From assembly GCF_044704955.1 (NCBI RefSeq), contig NC_091993.1:19840001-19904000 (forward strand): a stretch of 64,000 nucleotides of DNA. The letters are read 5' to 3'. This document shows positions 12,727-25,052 of this stretch, one piece after another. The translations under genes and the position numbers were made by a program. The notes beneath the pieces were generated by a model. It saw nothing but the letters and a program-made list of their open reading frames with translations, had not been told where the DNA came from and did no database searches. This DNA comes from Pristiophorus japonicus (taxonomy: Eukaryota). Within the stretch, counting starts at the first letter, position 1. The number at the start of each line of letters is the position of its first letter.

Positions 12727-13132
12727 CAAATTACAAAAGCAAAATACTGTGGATGCTGGAATCTGGAATAAAAACGGAAAATGCTGGAAATCTCAGCGGG
12801 TCAGGCAGCATCTGTGGAGAGAGAAACAGAGTTAACGTTTCAGGTCGATGATCCTTCGTCAGAACTGGAGAGTGTTCGGAAAGAACAGATTCTTAACAAG
12901 CACTGAAAGGGGGAGCGGAAGAAAGAACAAAAGGGAAGGTCTGTGATAGGTTGGAAGACAGGAGAGATTAGAGAGACAAAATGGATGATGGCCCAAATTC
13001 AAATGGTAATGTCAGGAGTTAGAAAAACATGAGTCAAGATAGGGTGTGAATGGCGGGATAATGACCAGCTGCCATTAGAGACAAGGAGAAAAAAAGAAAG
13101 AAACAGGCTCTGAGGGGGGGGGAGCGGGGAGT
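12727..13132 (-). mobile_element. Penelope-like element 3' non-coding (pLTR) insertion
   Basis: Homologous to 55200-55463; flanked by a ~15-bp duplication TAGTTCTTAATAGCA (12712-12726) / TAGTTCTTAATATCA (13133-13147). Confidence 0.82.
12830..12866 (-). ncRNA. Minimal type I hammerhead ribozyme motif (intact core)
   Basis: Minus strand AGTT-CTGACGA-AGGATCATCGACCT-GAAAC-GTT-AACT: 4-bp stem I, CUGANGA box, stem II, GAAA box, palindromic AACGTT stem III. Confidence 0.72.
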
Positions 13133-13596
13133 TAGTTCTTAATATCAATGTTATGCTATGAATTCTTAAGCAAAGAAGCAAATACATTACAACCATCCAG
13201 CATGGAAATAGTACAGTTCACTGCCACTTCAGAATCCAGTATTGGAGCAGTTATTGCATTCATTGGATAGCCAGCTGCATGTGCAAATAAAGCATTTGCA
13301 GTCACTGAAGCTCAGTGTGGCCTGACTGAAAAAGAGATACTAGCTCTGGGCTCAAGAGATTCCTTCAAAATACTCATGGTAAATCATTGACTGTGCAGAC
13401 AGATCATAAAGCCTTAGATGAAATATAGCAGAGTCGAAGTCACTTAATTTGATGGATGACGTAGAGGAACGACAAGAAATATGGGGGCAATAATATAACC
13501 AAGGATCCTCATTATAGGCTACTGAGAGTTGAGGCCCTTTAAGAACTGGAAATCCTGCCCCAGGATTGTGGCACTCTCCCAGTGTATCATGCAAAA

Positions 13597-13788
13597 TGTC
13601 ATGTATGTACATTCTGTTTGTAGCCACCAGATGGCGTCATTGTTGGAGGCCACTGAGCAGCACGCACATGGTATAAAAGGCCAGCCATTTTGAGAGTCAG
13701 GCACTTTGCGCCGAAATAAAGCAGAAGCAAGGTTGAACCTTGCTCAGTTAAACAGTACTCAGTTTGAACCGTTATTGCACACATAACA
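13597..13788 (+). mobile_element. Solo LTR related to Gypsy family B
   Basis: TG..CA, perfect TSD CAAAA, TATAAAA and AATAAA, similar to 39039-39244. Confidence 0.92.
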
Positions 13789-14514
13789 CAAAATGTGCTG
13801 GATTGTCACTAAAATACTTCGAAGACCTCATATTATCGTGTGCCAGTTCATTTAGATGAACATGCATGCAGTGCCCAAGGAGCAGCAGTCCAGGAAGCAC
13901 ATACTGCAAAAGTCGTGCACTGTTGGAGATGGAAGCTCTCCGACCCTGAACAATACTATGTTGAACGGTCGTCCACAGCGCAAGGGAGAACTTCCAGCCC
14001 CAGTCATTTCGTTCATTTATTTTGAGGTGCATTCGGTATCCAGGATCACATGTTATTTCGGGGGAGAATGAACAGTAAACGCAAGAGTTTTGACACAGGA
14101 CATGATGCAGTGCATCCCAGACCGAAACGCAATGTATCCATCCATCCCACATGGAGGTAAGATTTGATGCAGTGCCTGGTTGAGCACTAGAAATCAGACG
14201 GTAGAAGAATTATGCTGACATCCCATTACCCTGATCAGCCTCGGTAAATGGTCGAGATGACCAGCTTCTCGTTGATGATAATGATCGCCTGATTGCCGTC
14301 AATTCCCATTTAACTCACTGGGAAGTTGACACATGGAACGACGAAAGCTCAAGGGTCAGGTAGCGGGTATTGGAAGGTGGGTATCAGTTCATCAGATAAT
14401 ACTCCACAGTTTATATATCAACAATTCACCACGAAGGGAATTTCAACCTGTAATTTCATTGTCAGGTTATCCACAAAGCAACAGAAAGGGAGATCAGGCA
14501 GTCCAAAGAACAAA

Positions 14515-15121
14515 GGGCTGGATTTTCCGGTCCTTTGCGCTGCAGGTTGCGCCCCGGAGTGGCGTGAAAGGCGGCGGTGAGGTCTCCTGCGCCCCGCCGT
14601 GATCCTCCGGTCGGGTTTTGGAGCAGCACCGCCGGGAAGAGCTGCGCCGGATATGCGACGCCGCTGGTAGCAGCACCGACACGAGTTTTGATTCTTGCTC
14701 GAATCATCCGCCCGAAGGCGCGCCTGCAATGACCGCCTGGGAAATCAGGGCGGTCCCACGATCCCGGCGGCGGAGAGGGCGGGAATGGACTCCAAAAGTA
14801 AGAGCGAGTGTTTTTTCTTTTAATTTTTTGTGCGATGTGTGTGGCGGGGCGTGGGCAATGCTTTTGTGGTTTATTTTAGGTTTCCCCCCCCCCCCCCCCC
14901 TCCAGGCGTCTCTCGGAGCGCTCCCGGCCCTGCTCTTTAGCTCAGGAGTTTCCCACCCTTGCGCCAAGAGAGGTGTCCAATGCCTCCCTCAGCGCTGTGC
15001 CCCCTGACTCAGGGCCCAGCTGCCCAAACTTACCGACCGAGGCGAAAATTATTCCCGGGCACTAACTTTACCGCCCCGCCGCCATTACCGCCCGAAAACA
15101 TCAAAGCCAAAAATCCAGCCC
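14515..15121. mobile_element. Harbinger-type MITE (copy 1)
   Basis: TIR GGGCTGGATTTT..AAAATCCAGCCC; second copy at 48419-49049. Confidence 0.88.
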
Positions 15122-15932
15122 AACATCCGTTAATGAGAAGAGCAAAGATATCTGGGACAGGCTTTGCAATGTTGGGCAATAGGAATAAATCCACACAAAG
15201 AATGGAAGTTCCTTCAGTGCCGAGGTCACCGAACAAAAGAACGAACATGCTATTACCGACCAGAGACAATTTACTCAGGCCACAAAAATACAGCAAAAGC
15301 TCTGCAGGATAAATGCACAGGCTCATGATTATAGCAAGAGAGCCTCGAGGGAGGAAGATGTGGGAAGAGTGCCATGCAGGGATCATGATAGAGACTAAAG
15401 GAAAGCAGCAATCTCAAGAGAAGCAGCTATCACATTTTGTGAGGTTGTTGCAAAGAAGGTGGACAGGTAGCGAGAAGCAATTGTCACCATTTGAGGAGAA
15501 CAAAAAAGAAGCATCGAAAAGCACTATCCTCGTAAAAACAAGGACATTGAGCCCACGCACTCTACATCTACACACGCACAAACAGAGCAACAGTTTTCAT
15601 TTGCATGGCATCATTAATGTGATAATATCAGCCCAAAGTGCTTCATACAGGCAAAACTGGACATCATGCATCAATGGAGAAGAGTTGAGGAGGATACTGA
15701 AGGCATGGTCAAAAAGTAGCCTTCCGGAGGCTTCTGAAGAGAGATAACAACTCAGAGCATTTAGGAAGATTGTTCCAGAATATATTGTTCATACACTATT
15801 TGTTTGTTACAGGACATTAGACAGGCATTAGGACCCTGCGGGAGCTATTCACAGTTGCTGTAAACATTCTGGTTCATGCTGGTTTGGGACTCCATTTTGG
15901 GAGTTGCTATAAAGGACACAGTTAGTTACATT

Positions 15933-16894
15933 GGGCCCAAGTTTCGAGCCGCGCCTAGAACGGCGCAGTCCCGACCTGGACGCCCGTTTTTCGCGCCACA
16001 AAGTGAGCCTAAAAAAACCCTCCAGATTCTCCACCTCCCTGCAGGTCTTCTGGCCCTCGGCGCAGCGCAGCACGAGCTGTAGGGGGCGGAGCCAGGTCCC
16101 TGCACTGAAAACAGTGCCGGGACCTCTGCACATGCGCGCTACAGTGGGCGCGCAAGTGCAGTAGCTCCAGGCGCCCGAAACTGTGTGGGAGGGGCCCGAA
16201 GCACGCAGCCCCTAGACCTGGCCGAATGGGCTCACTGGGGCTGCGTGAATAAGGCTGCTCCCACGGCCAGCTCCTGCTTCCTCCCGACCCGACTCGACTC
16301 CCGCTTCCCGCTTCCGGACCGGACCCGACCCGACTCCCGCTTCCCCCCCATCGCCCCCCCATCGGACCCGGCACCGACCCGACTCCCGCTCCCCCGCTCC
16401 CCCCTCGGACCCACCCGACTCCCGCTTCCCCCCCCCCCCCCCCCGCCTCCGGACCCGACCCGACTCCCGCTTCCCTCCCCTCCCCCCGCCCCTGGACCGG
16501 ACCCGACTCCCGCTTCTCCCCTCACCGGACTGGATCCGACCTGACCTCCCTCCCCCCGACCTGACCTCCCTCTCCCTCCCTCCTCCCGACCCGAACCGAA
16601 CCGACCTCCCTCCCACCACCCCCCCCCCGACCCGACCCAATGCCACCTACCTGTAAATCTGGTGCTGGGGACGGGCTCTGCCTGAAGTCTCGGGCCTGGC
16701 CCGTTCAGCCTCCCTCCCCCTTCTCCTTCCCCCCGCCCCAATCTCCTTTCCCCCCCCATCTCCTTTCTCCCCTTCTCCCCTTTATCCCCTTCTCTCCCCC
16801 TCCCCCTTCCTCTACCCCCCTCCTCCCCCTCCCCTCGCTGTCAGAAACACAGACACTGACAAATCAGGAGCAAATCATGTGGAAACTTGGGGCC
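15933..16894. mobile_element. Harbinger-type non-autonomous element with internal C-rich low-complexity repeats
   Basis: TIR GGGCCCAAGTTTC..GAAACTTGGGGCC, 3-bp TSD ATT/ATT; (CCCGA)n-like arrays at 16280-16640. Confidence 0.88.
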
Positions 16895-17204
16895 ATTACT
16901 CCTGTTTCAGTTAGTCTGTTTATTTACATACACAACATAATTGACCAAAATGGGTGAAGGCTGTGTAACCAAAGGAGAGGCCAGACTTTTGTTTCAACCT
17001 TTGTCGGCAGCTGATCGCTACTTCAAGGAGCACTTGCAAACTTTTCTGTCGTCTGAAAAGTACAAACATCACATTTCTCAACTAGAAGAATGGAAACCAC
17101 AAGCTCATAGAAGTATGAGTGAAGAACCAGCCCAGAGAAATCAGATTACCTGTCGCTCAGCTGATGGTGAATAAAGATCACAGCGAGTTGTGACATGATC
17201 TGGA

Positions 17205-17370
17205 AGGACTTTTTAGCAAACAACTCGAAAGGAAATTGGATATATAATTGAAAAGAAGAAATTTGCAGCGCTATGGGGAAAGAACAGAGTGGGACTAATT
17301 GGATAGCTCTTCAAAGAGCCAGCACAAGATGGGCCAGATGGCCTTTTCCTGGGCTGTATGATTTTGTTAC
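17205..17370 (+). mobile_element. CR1 LINE 3' tail fragment
   Basis: Similar to 56850-57020. Confidence 0.7.
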
Positions 17371-17444
17371 TTTGTGACTTACTGTATATGTGTTGATTCA
17401 CTTTGATCTGGGCCAGTTATAAGACACATATAAAATATCCTAAC

Positions 17445-17643
17445 TCATCGCCGAGAGCATGCAGAAACCAAGCGCAGGCAGCGGAAAGAGCGTGCGGCAA
17501 ACCTGTCCCACCCACCCTTTCCCTCAACGACTGTCTGTCCCACCTGTGACAGAGACTGTGGTTCTCGTATTGGACTGCTCAGTCACCTAAGAACTCATTT
17601 CTCGAGCAAGCCTTCCTCGATTCTGAGGGAGTGTATATGATGA
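17445..17643 (+). mobile_element. RTE LINE 3' end fragment
   Basis: Similar to 21470-21680 (terminal CPTCDRDC..H motif, ATGATGA tail). Confidence 0.88.
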
Positions 17644-18994
17644 AAAGATATCCAGTAGAGATTAACGATCCAGGGCTGGGGACAGGGATTTGAAATGGAT
17701 AGTGCGGTACCTCTGTGATCATGTTGAACCCAATGGTTCGGTTGAGGATGGAGCCAAACAGCTGGTGCCTGACTTCGATATAGATTGCTATGATCTTATT
17801 GAATGGTGTTGCAAGCTCGAAGGGCCGAATGGCCGACTTCTGTACCTATTTTCTATATTTCGATGTTTGCTAGAACAGCGCCATCTGGTGTGCAGGCTGA
17901 GCAATAACCGGTACCTGTATGTATACAATGCTGGTCATGGTGAGAGCAGAGTGCAGTGCCTGCTGCCAGCACAGCCTTCTGAAATAGTGGTCATGTTTGG
18001 AGACAACAGGCTCTTGATTTCCCTTTAATTATACAAGGAACCAGAGAGGTAAAACCTTTATTTGGTCTTTATGGCTGAATCCCCTCAGAGCCATCAGGGG
18101 AACGAGTGAAATAATATTGAACTTTCAAGCTGCCAGATTTCTCTGTGAAGCCATCGTTCACTGCGGCAGCAGATTGTCATTCAGCCACAGATCTCCATCG
18201 TGCTGCTGTTTGCCTCAAGCTGTCCCTGGCTGCTTCTTTTGTCTCACTTCTCCTGCTGCTGATTGCTTTATAAAGATGCTGATGTTCTTACTCAATTCCA
18301 TCTGCTCCATGTTCAGTTGATGTTGCACAAGTGTGAAACAAGTCTGATTGAACAGTGTAATTAAAAATATAGGATAATTAAAGGGATATTGTCTGCAGGA
18401 AGCAGTGTTTGCCAAACTCACTGGCGGCCTGTTTGCAAACACGTGACACAATGACGCGGGCGACATCGGAGGTCGCTTGGAAATGATGTGTTGCGGGGCC
18501 CTGTAGCGCTCTGCCTCCCCAGACCAAACACAAAGGATTTGTCAAACATGTTTCTATTAAGACACTGAGTGCCCCCTGAACCTGGGAACAGCAGAAAGCT
18601 GGCAGTTTGGAATCTTGTCTTCTTGTCCTCAGTCTGCAAGAGGCATCACTTAGAACTATTTATGGCAGAAGAAACGGCACGTCCTACATTTTCCTACGTT
18701 TCCGACGGACATCAGATTGTCGCCAATGGGTGCCGGACAGTGTGCCCAATGCTGCCCACTGCACCAAATGTGCCCCCTCTCCCGACATACAGCTTGTGTG
18801 AACTATGAGGTACTGGCACATCACAACAAATGCAAATTGCAGTTCATCGCATCCCAAGTTAGAAACGTGGAGCTTTTTTCCCTCCTTTTCTTCCCATTGA
18901 TACATGCACAGAAATCCCAGCAAAATACCAATAAATAACACCATTAGGAGCATGCTACACAGAGGAGGAATTCTGAGGCTTTGCTCACAATTAA

Positions 18995-19410
18995 TCAATG
19001 CCTCGATATCAAAATTCTCATCCTGGTTTACAAATCCCTCCATGGTCTTGCCCCGCCCTATCTCTGTAATCTTTTTCAGCCTCACAATCCCACAAGATGT
19101 CTGCGCTCCTCAAATTCTGGTCTCTTGAACATCCCTGATCAGAACTGCTCAACCATTGGTGGCCGTGCCTTCAGCTGTTTGGGCCCTAAGCTCTGGAACT
19201 CCCTGCCTAAACCTCTCCGCCTCTCTACCTCTCTTTCCTCCTTTAAGACGCTCCTTAAAACCGACCTCATTGACCAAGCTTTTGGTCACCTGCCGTAATT
19301 TCTTCTTACGTGGCTCGGTGTCAATTTATTTTTGTCTTACAACATCGCCCCTTGGGACGTTTTACTATGTTAAAGGCGCTATATAAATACAAGTTATTAT
19401 TGTTGTTATT
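18995..19410 (+). mobile_element. L2 LINE 3' end
   Basis: KILILVYKSLHGLAPPYL..GGRAFS..PKLWNSLP; tail TAAAGGCGCTATATAAATACAAGTT. Confidence 0.92.
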
Positions 19411-19777
19411 TCCTTTTTTGTCCTGACTCCTGGTTCATTCTGATGTCGGAAACATTCCGTTCCTGAAATGTCTGGTAATTGTCAGATTTTTTGTGAAATC
19501 CTGAGAGTCCGTGTAAAGAAAGAACCGATTTAATAGCTTGTTCTGTAGGTTCGTTAACTGGATAATCATCATAAAAAAGCCATTAAAGGATCATCAGAAA
19601 CCAGTCAGCTCAGACACCAGGGAGATGATCCTCTTTTAAACAGATGTCAGTTTGTTAAACCTTTAACTACATTCGATCTTGTAACGAATTGCTCAATTTG
19701 AAAATAATGATAAGTTTACTTATTTCAATTGAGTTAACACCTCTATTAAGAGAATTGCAAGTGTTTTCAATGTTACT

Positions 19778-20110
19778 ACAACAACAACTTGCATTTATAT
19801 AGCGCCTTTAACGCAGGAGAACACTCCAAGGCACTTCACAGAAGTATAATCAGACAACTATTGACACCGAGCCAAAGAAGGAGGAGTGACTAAAAGCTTG
19901 GTTAAAGAGGTCGGTTTTAAGGAGGGTCTTAAAGGAAGAGAGAGAGGTGGAGAAGTGGAGAGGTTTAGGTTGGGAATTCTAGAGCTTAAGGGCTAGATGG
20001 CTAAAGACATAGCCACCAAAGATGGGACGAAGGGAGTGAGGGACACGGTTGAGGCAAAAATTGGAGGAACCCAGAATTCTTGGAGGGTTGTAGGAGGTTA
20101 CAGAGATAAA
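19778..20110 (-). mobile_element. L2 LINE 3' end
   Basis: ACAACAACAACTTGCATTTATATAGCGCC tail; reverse complement of 18995-19410. Confidence 0.85.
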
Positions 20111-20215
20111 CTTCCATACAGGACCATCTGTAATGGGTTTTGTGGAACAGACTGCTCATGTTGAAAAGTTACCTGGCTTGGCAATAAACTGGTTTACCAT
20201 GAGAAGTCATAGCAC

Positions 20216-20693
20216 AAAGAAAAGACTTGGATTTATATAGTGCCTTTCACAACCAGCGGATGTCTCAAAGCACTTTACAGCCAATTAAGTACATTTGGAA
20301 TGTAGTCATTGTTGTAATGTGGGAAACGCAGCAGCCAATTTGCACACAGCAAGCTGCCACAAATAGCAATGTGATAATGACCAGATAATGTGTTTTGTTA
20401 TTTTGATTGAGGGACAAATATTGGCCAGGACAATGGGAGTAACTCTCCTGCTCTTTGAAATAGTGGAATGAGATATTTTACCTCCATCTGAGAGAGAAGA
20501 CATGGTTTAACATTTCATCTGAAAGATGACACCTCCGGACAGTGCAGCACTCCCTCAGCACTGCACTGGAGTGTCGGCCATGATTTATGTGCTCATTCCT
20601 GGAGTGGGTTGTGGGTTCAAGTCTCTGGAGTGGGACTTGAACTCACAACCTTCTGTCAGAGGCGAGTGTGCTACCCACTGAACCACAGCTGAC
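20216..20693 (-). mobile_element. tRNA-derived Deu-domain SINE (SacSINE1-like), full length
   Basis: tRNA-like head with A/B boxes at ~20630-20693, central GTGCAGCACTCCCTCAG..TGCACTGGAGTGTC, L2-type tail. Confidence 0.85.
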
Positions 20694-20784
20694 ATAACAT
20701 GGCTGGTATGAAAAATGGAAACGTAACTGGCACTGAAAGCGACAATCTTCTGAGGCGAAGGTTAGCGCATGATGCAAAGGCAGA

Positions 20785-20985
20785 GCAGAAGAAACTTTAC
20801 ACTACACCCAATCTGTGCCGCATCAGACCTGGGAGAGTATAATGCAGTGTAGAGGAAGCTTTACTGCATATCTAACCTATGCTGTACCTGACCTAGGAAT
20901 TCATGGTTGGCACTGATTAGAAGGAGCTTTACAAGACATGATCTAACCCATGCTGTACCGGATTTTGGAATGTTTGAGTTCAAAA
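20785..20985 (+). repeat. Degenerate ~65-bp satellite-like repeat (about 3 units)
   Basis: Recurring GAGCTTTAC..ATCTAACC..TGCTGTACC..GGGAG; reverse copy at 21985-22070. Confidence 0.6.
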
Positions 20986-21046
20986 CTGGATCCCTGACAC
21001 GAGGACAGAATCTATACTCTCAGACCCCTGCGATAACACAAATCTG

Positions 21047-21680
21047 AGTGATACCCGCCCTCCTGTATGGCTCAGAGACCATGTACAGTAGACACCTCAA
21101 AACGCTGGAGAAATACCACCAACGCTGCCTCTACAAGATCCTCCAAACCCACTTGGAGGATAGATGCACCAATGTCAGTGTTCTCGATCAGGCCAACATC
21201 CCCAGCATCGAAGCACTGACCACACTCGACCAGCTCCGTTGGGCGGGTCACATTGTCCGTATGTCCAACACAAGACTCCCAAAGCAAGCGCTCTACTCGG
21301 TGCTCCTACACGGTAAGCGAGCCCCAGGTGGGCAAAGGAAACATTTCAAGGACACCCTCAAAGCCTCCTTGATAAAGTGCAACATCCCCACCGACATCTG
21401 GGAGTCCCTGGCCAAAGACTGCCCTAAGTGGAGGAAAAGCATCCGGGAGGGCGCTGAGCACCTCGAGTCTCGTCGCCGAGAGCATGCAGAAAGCAAGCGC
21501 AGGCAGCGGAAGGAGCGTGCAGCAAACCAGACTCCCCACCCACCTTTTCCTTCGACCACTGTCTGTCATACCTGTGACAGAGACTGTAATTCCCATATTG
21601 GACTGTTCAGTCACCTGAGAACTCACTTTTGGAGTGGAAGCAAGTCTTCCTCGATTTCAAGGGACTGCTATGATGATGAC
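21047..21680 (+). mobile_element. RTE LINE 3' end
   Basis: IPALLYGSET..QLRWAGHIVRM..CHTCDRDCNSHIGLFSHLRTH; (GAT)n tail. Confidence 0.93.
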
Positions 21681-22089
21681 GTTTGAAGAATATTTTCTTC
21701 ACTCCCCACAGGAAGTTTCCGTTGCATTACTTAAACCATTCATTGGAGATCAAGCCATAAAATCACAAGAAGACAAACAAAAAGTGATGCGAATAGACAG
21801 AAAGGAAGGAAGGTCGTGCAAGTAAAATAAATGAGTAGGAGTACAAGAATAGTTTTAGACAAAAAATATAATAACAGATTCAATTGTGATTCAACAGAAG
21901 GAGATTGCACCGTTAAATTTTCAAAGTGAGGCATGTTAGCACTGGAGAATGGAATTTGTTCCATGTGTGGCATCTCGTGTCAGTATCAAACACTCCCAGG
22001 TCAGGTACAGCGCAAGTTAGGTACAAAGTAAAACTCCCTCTACACTATCCTGTAAATCACTCCCAGGTTAGTTGCGGCAAAAGTGTTCA

Positions 22090-22700
22090 TAGAATCATAG
22101 ACATTTACAGCACAGAAGGAGGTAATTCGCCCTATCATGTCCATGCCGGCCGACAAAGAGCTATCCAGCCTAATCCCACTTTCCAGCTCTTGGTCCGTAG
22201 CCCTGTAGGTTAAGGCACTTCAAGTGCATATCCAAATACTTATTAAATGTGGTGAGGTTTTCTGTCTCTACCACCCTTTCAGGCAGTGAGTTCCAGAGCC
22301 CCACTGGGTGAAAAAAGTTCTTAACTCCCCTCTAATCCTTAGAACATCAGCACATAAGAAATAGGAGTATATGCCATTTGGCCCCTCGAGCCTGCTCCAC
22401 CGTTCAATAAGGCCATGGCTGATCTGGTTTTGGGCTCAGCTCCACTTCCCTGCTCGCTTCCATAACCCTTCACTCCCTCATTGTTCAAAAATTTATCTAT
22501 CTCCACCTTAAATATGAGCCAGCCTCCACAACTCTCTGGGGCAGAGAATTCCACAGATTTATAAACCTCAGAGAAAAAACTCTACCAATTATGTTAAATC
22601 TATGCACCCTGGTTATTGACCACTCTATCTAGGCCCCTCATAATTGTATACATCTCAATTAAGTCTCCCCTCAGCCTCATCTGTTCCAAAGAAAACAACT
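22090..22700 (-). mobile_element. Nested CR1 3' fragments (22340-22580 inserted in another CR1)
   Basis: Two CR1 tails (ATAGAATCATAG; AGAACATCAGCACATAAGAAATAGG); ORF KVEIDKFLNNEGVKGYG. Confidence 0.82.
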
Positions 22701-22721
22701 TGGACCTTGTTCTTACTGATT

Positions 22722-22880
22722 AATTGTTTGTGGGAGCTTGCTTGTGCGCAAATTGGCTGCCGCGTTTCCTACATTACCACAGTGACTGCACTCCAAAAGT
22801 ACTTAATTAGCTGTAAAGCGCTTTGAGACATACGATGGTCATGAAAGGCACTATATAAAACCAAGTCTTTTTCTTTCTTT
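22722..22880 (+). mobile_element. Deu/L2-tail SINE 3' fragment
   Basis: TGTTTGTGGGAGCTTGC..AAATTGGCTGCCGCGTTTCC..GAAAGGCACTATATAAA. Confidence 0.82.
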
Positions 22881-23779
22881 ACTGCTGCCTCAGCTGACAT
22901 CAGTTAGCTCAGCACAGACCAGCGATGGAACCGGAGATCTTCCTGGCCAATATGGCACAATATCACATTGGGTTTTGCGTTTACCCATCAAGTCATCAGG
23001 GGAATGCCATATCACATTGTTCCCAACCCAAGCTCTGCAATGTACACCAAAGATGTTACACCAATGGGAGATGAACCTGAAAACAGTGACATTAAGGCAG
23101 AGAAACCCAGGCAGCAGGGAATAAAAACCGTTCCCACAACAGAGATCGTGGCTGTGATTGAGAATCAGAGAACAGAGTGGGAGACAATTCTGAATTTTAA
23201 TGAGACTCTGTGCACTGCATCAACAAATCCTGCACCTGAAACAACAGGAGGGTGTTAAATAAACAGCAACGCAATAAAATATTCAAGGACATCAACAGGT
23301 CACAAATAGCAGACGCGCTCAGATCCGCTCACTGCCCCAGCATTAATTCTTTTTTGCCACAGTAATCAGTAATTATTTGTAATTATTGTAATTAGTTTTG
23401 TCAAACGCGCAGCTGAATTTCCCACATTTTAACACATTGGTGGCTCTGGATCTAGTCTTTTCCCATCATGTAGTTTCCTGCGTAATCTTTACCATCAGGA
23501 CCACTCGAAGCCTCAGCCACAACCACTAATTATCAGCACCCCCCTTTGAGAATTGGCTTTTAGATATATTTGGGACCCAAATTAAAATTGCATGCCCACC
23601 AACTTTGCTTTATGAACTGTTCAGATTTGCCTGATGTCTTTGGCTGTCAACTGCCCAAGTGCAGCTGGGACACAATCCATCCTAGCTCTGCCAACTATCC
23701 CAAGCCATCAATGCATAAGAAAATACAACCTTATGTCTCAAAACCAAGCTTAATTTTTAATCGGTCGAATACTTTATGC

Positions 23780-24470
23780 AGGGGAATTTTAACCCTCAGA
23801 ATGGGTGGGTTTGTGTTGGGTTGGATGTAAAATGTTTTAAATCGCAAACCCGAACCCAAGCCACCTCAAACCCACCTACTTCCGGCTTTAATGGAGGTGC
23901 GATGGGGGCGGGCAACTAACCCGCTCCCAGGAGGTGAGTTGCTCATTTAAATATTTTAATGAGGTGGCATGCCTGAAATTTGATCTCCCGTCCAGTTTAA
24001 ACCTTGGCCGGCCGGGTTTCCCAACCTTCAGGAAACCCGGCAGCTAAAGGGAAGTGTGGTCAGCTGCATGGAAGAGAAAAGTGCCTTTTCAGCACTGCTT
24101 GTGGGCCACGAGGAGCAGCAGTGCTTCCTCCCAGCCCCCTAAGCTAACCTGCTTCCCTCCCTGTGGCCAGACCCCCCTCCATGATCGGACCCAACCCGCG
24201 ATCGCCCCTCCTCATGCGATATAACCGACCTCCCCCCCCCCCCCACACCTCCTCCCCACCGACCACCCATCTCTGCCGCCTGATCTGTCTCCAACCACCC
24301 GTGATACCTCCTGACTCTCCAAGCCATGTTGTAACCGCCAGCCCCTCACATTCTCTACCCCAGCAGTAGGGTACCTGCCCAACTCCACAGCTGCCATCTC
24401 TTCTGAAGCGTTCCCCATCCGACAGGGAACCAAGCCTGTCAATCAGGCTGGCTTCCAGGGTCGGTGGAGC
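23780..24470. mobile_element. Truncated GC-rich non-autonomous DNA transposon-like repeat
   Basis: Starts GGGGAATTTTAACCC (Harbinger MITE-like terminus); matching right end not found. Confidence 0.42.
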
Positions 24471-24770
24471 GGGGGTGGTTGTGGGGGAGGTGGGGTAGAT
24501 CCTGTTGAACATAAAACGTGCACGATTGGCCAGAACATCCTCCCCCTGGCTTGGAAATCCTGTTCCATGTGGGAAAGGACGCAAGCTCTGGAATTCTGAA
24601 CTCGATGAAGTTGAGGAAAGATGGAAGTGGGGAGTGGGTGAGGAGAATGTTGGAGATGTGGTTCAGTGGAAAATATTTCAGAGGGGGAAAAAATTGCATC
24701 AGGGGAATGAGCTAGATGTGCAGCATGAAACTGATCTCGGGATTTAATAGGACACCTCCAGAGCTAGCCT

Positions 24771-25052
24771 GAGATGGTTACCTGGTGGATTGGTTGAGAT
24801 GGTAACTGGGTGGATTGGTTGAGATATTAACCGGGCAGATTGGTTGAGATGGTAACCGGGCAGATTGGTTGAGATGGTAACCTGGCGGATTGGTTGAGAT
24901 GGTAACCAGGCAGATTGGTTGAGCTGGTAACCGGGCAGATTGGTTGAGCTGGTAACCAGGCAGATTGGTTGAGCTGGTAACCGGGCAGATTGGTTGAGCT
25001 GGTAACCGGGCAGATTGGTTGAGCTGGTAACTGGGCAGATTGGTTGAGCTGG
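24771..25052. repeat. 25-bp minisatellite, 11 units
   Basis: Unit GAG(A/C)TGGTAACCGGGCAGATTGGTT. Confidence 0.97.

Larger units (their letters stand above)
12505..13191 (+). mobile_element. Solo LTR-like element, family C, interrupted by a Penelope-derived insertion
   Basis: TGTAATGTAT..ATACATTACA termini, TSD ACCAG/ACCAT, homologous to 29623-29890 and 50264-50574. Confidence 0.85.

Noticed and set aside
16009-16957. Overlapping Gly/Pro/Arg-rich ORFs
   Set aside because: GC-rich interior of a TIR-bounded non-autonomous element; no domain recognised
16941-17174. Peptide DRYFKEHLQTFLSSEKYK, faintly like the end of an RGS domain
   Set aside because: Similarity too short, no phase-compatible partner exons found; needs BLAST
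18180-18810. Possible coding exons in a unique block
   Set aside because: All frames are short with no recognisable motif or consistent splice pair
20630-20693. tRNA genes at A/B-box segments (also 28376, 30020, 52500, 62655)
   Set aside because: These are SINE heads attached to SINE bodies; no complete cloverleaf
24771-25052. Possible CRISPR array
   Set aside because: Head-to-tail units with no unique spacers, no cas genes, vertebrate context
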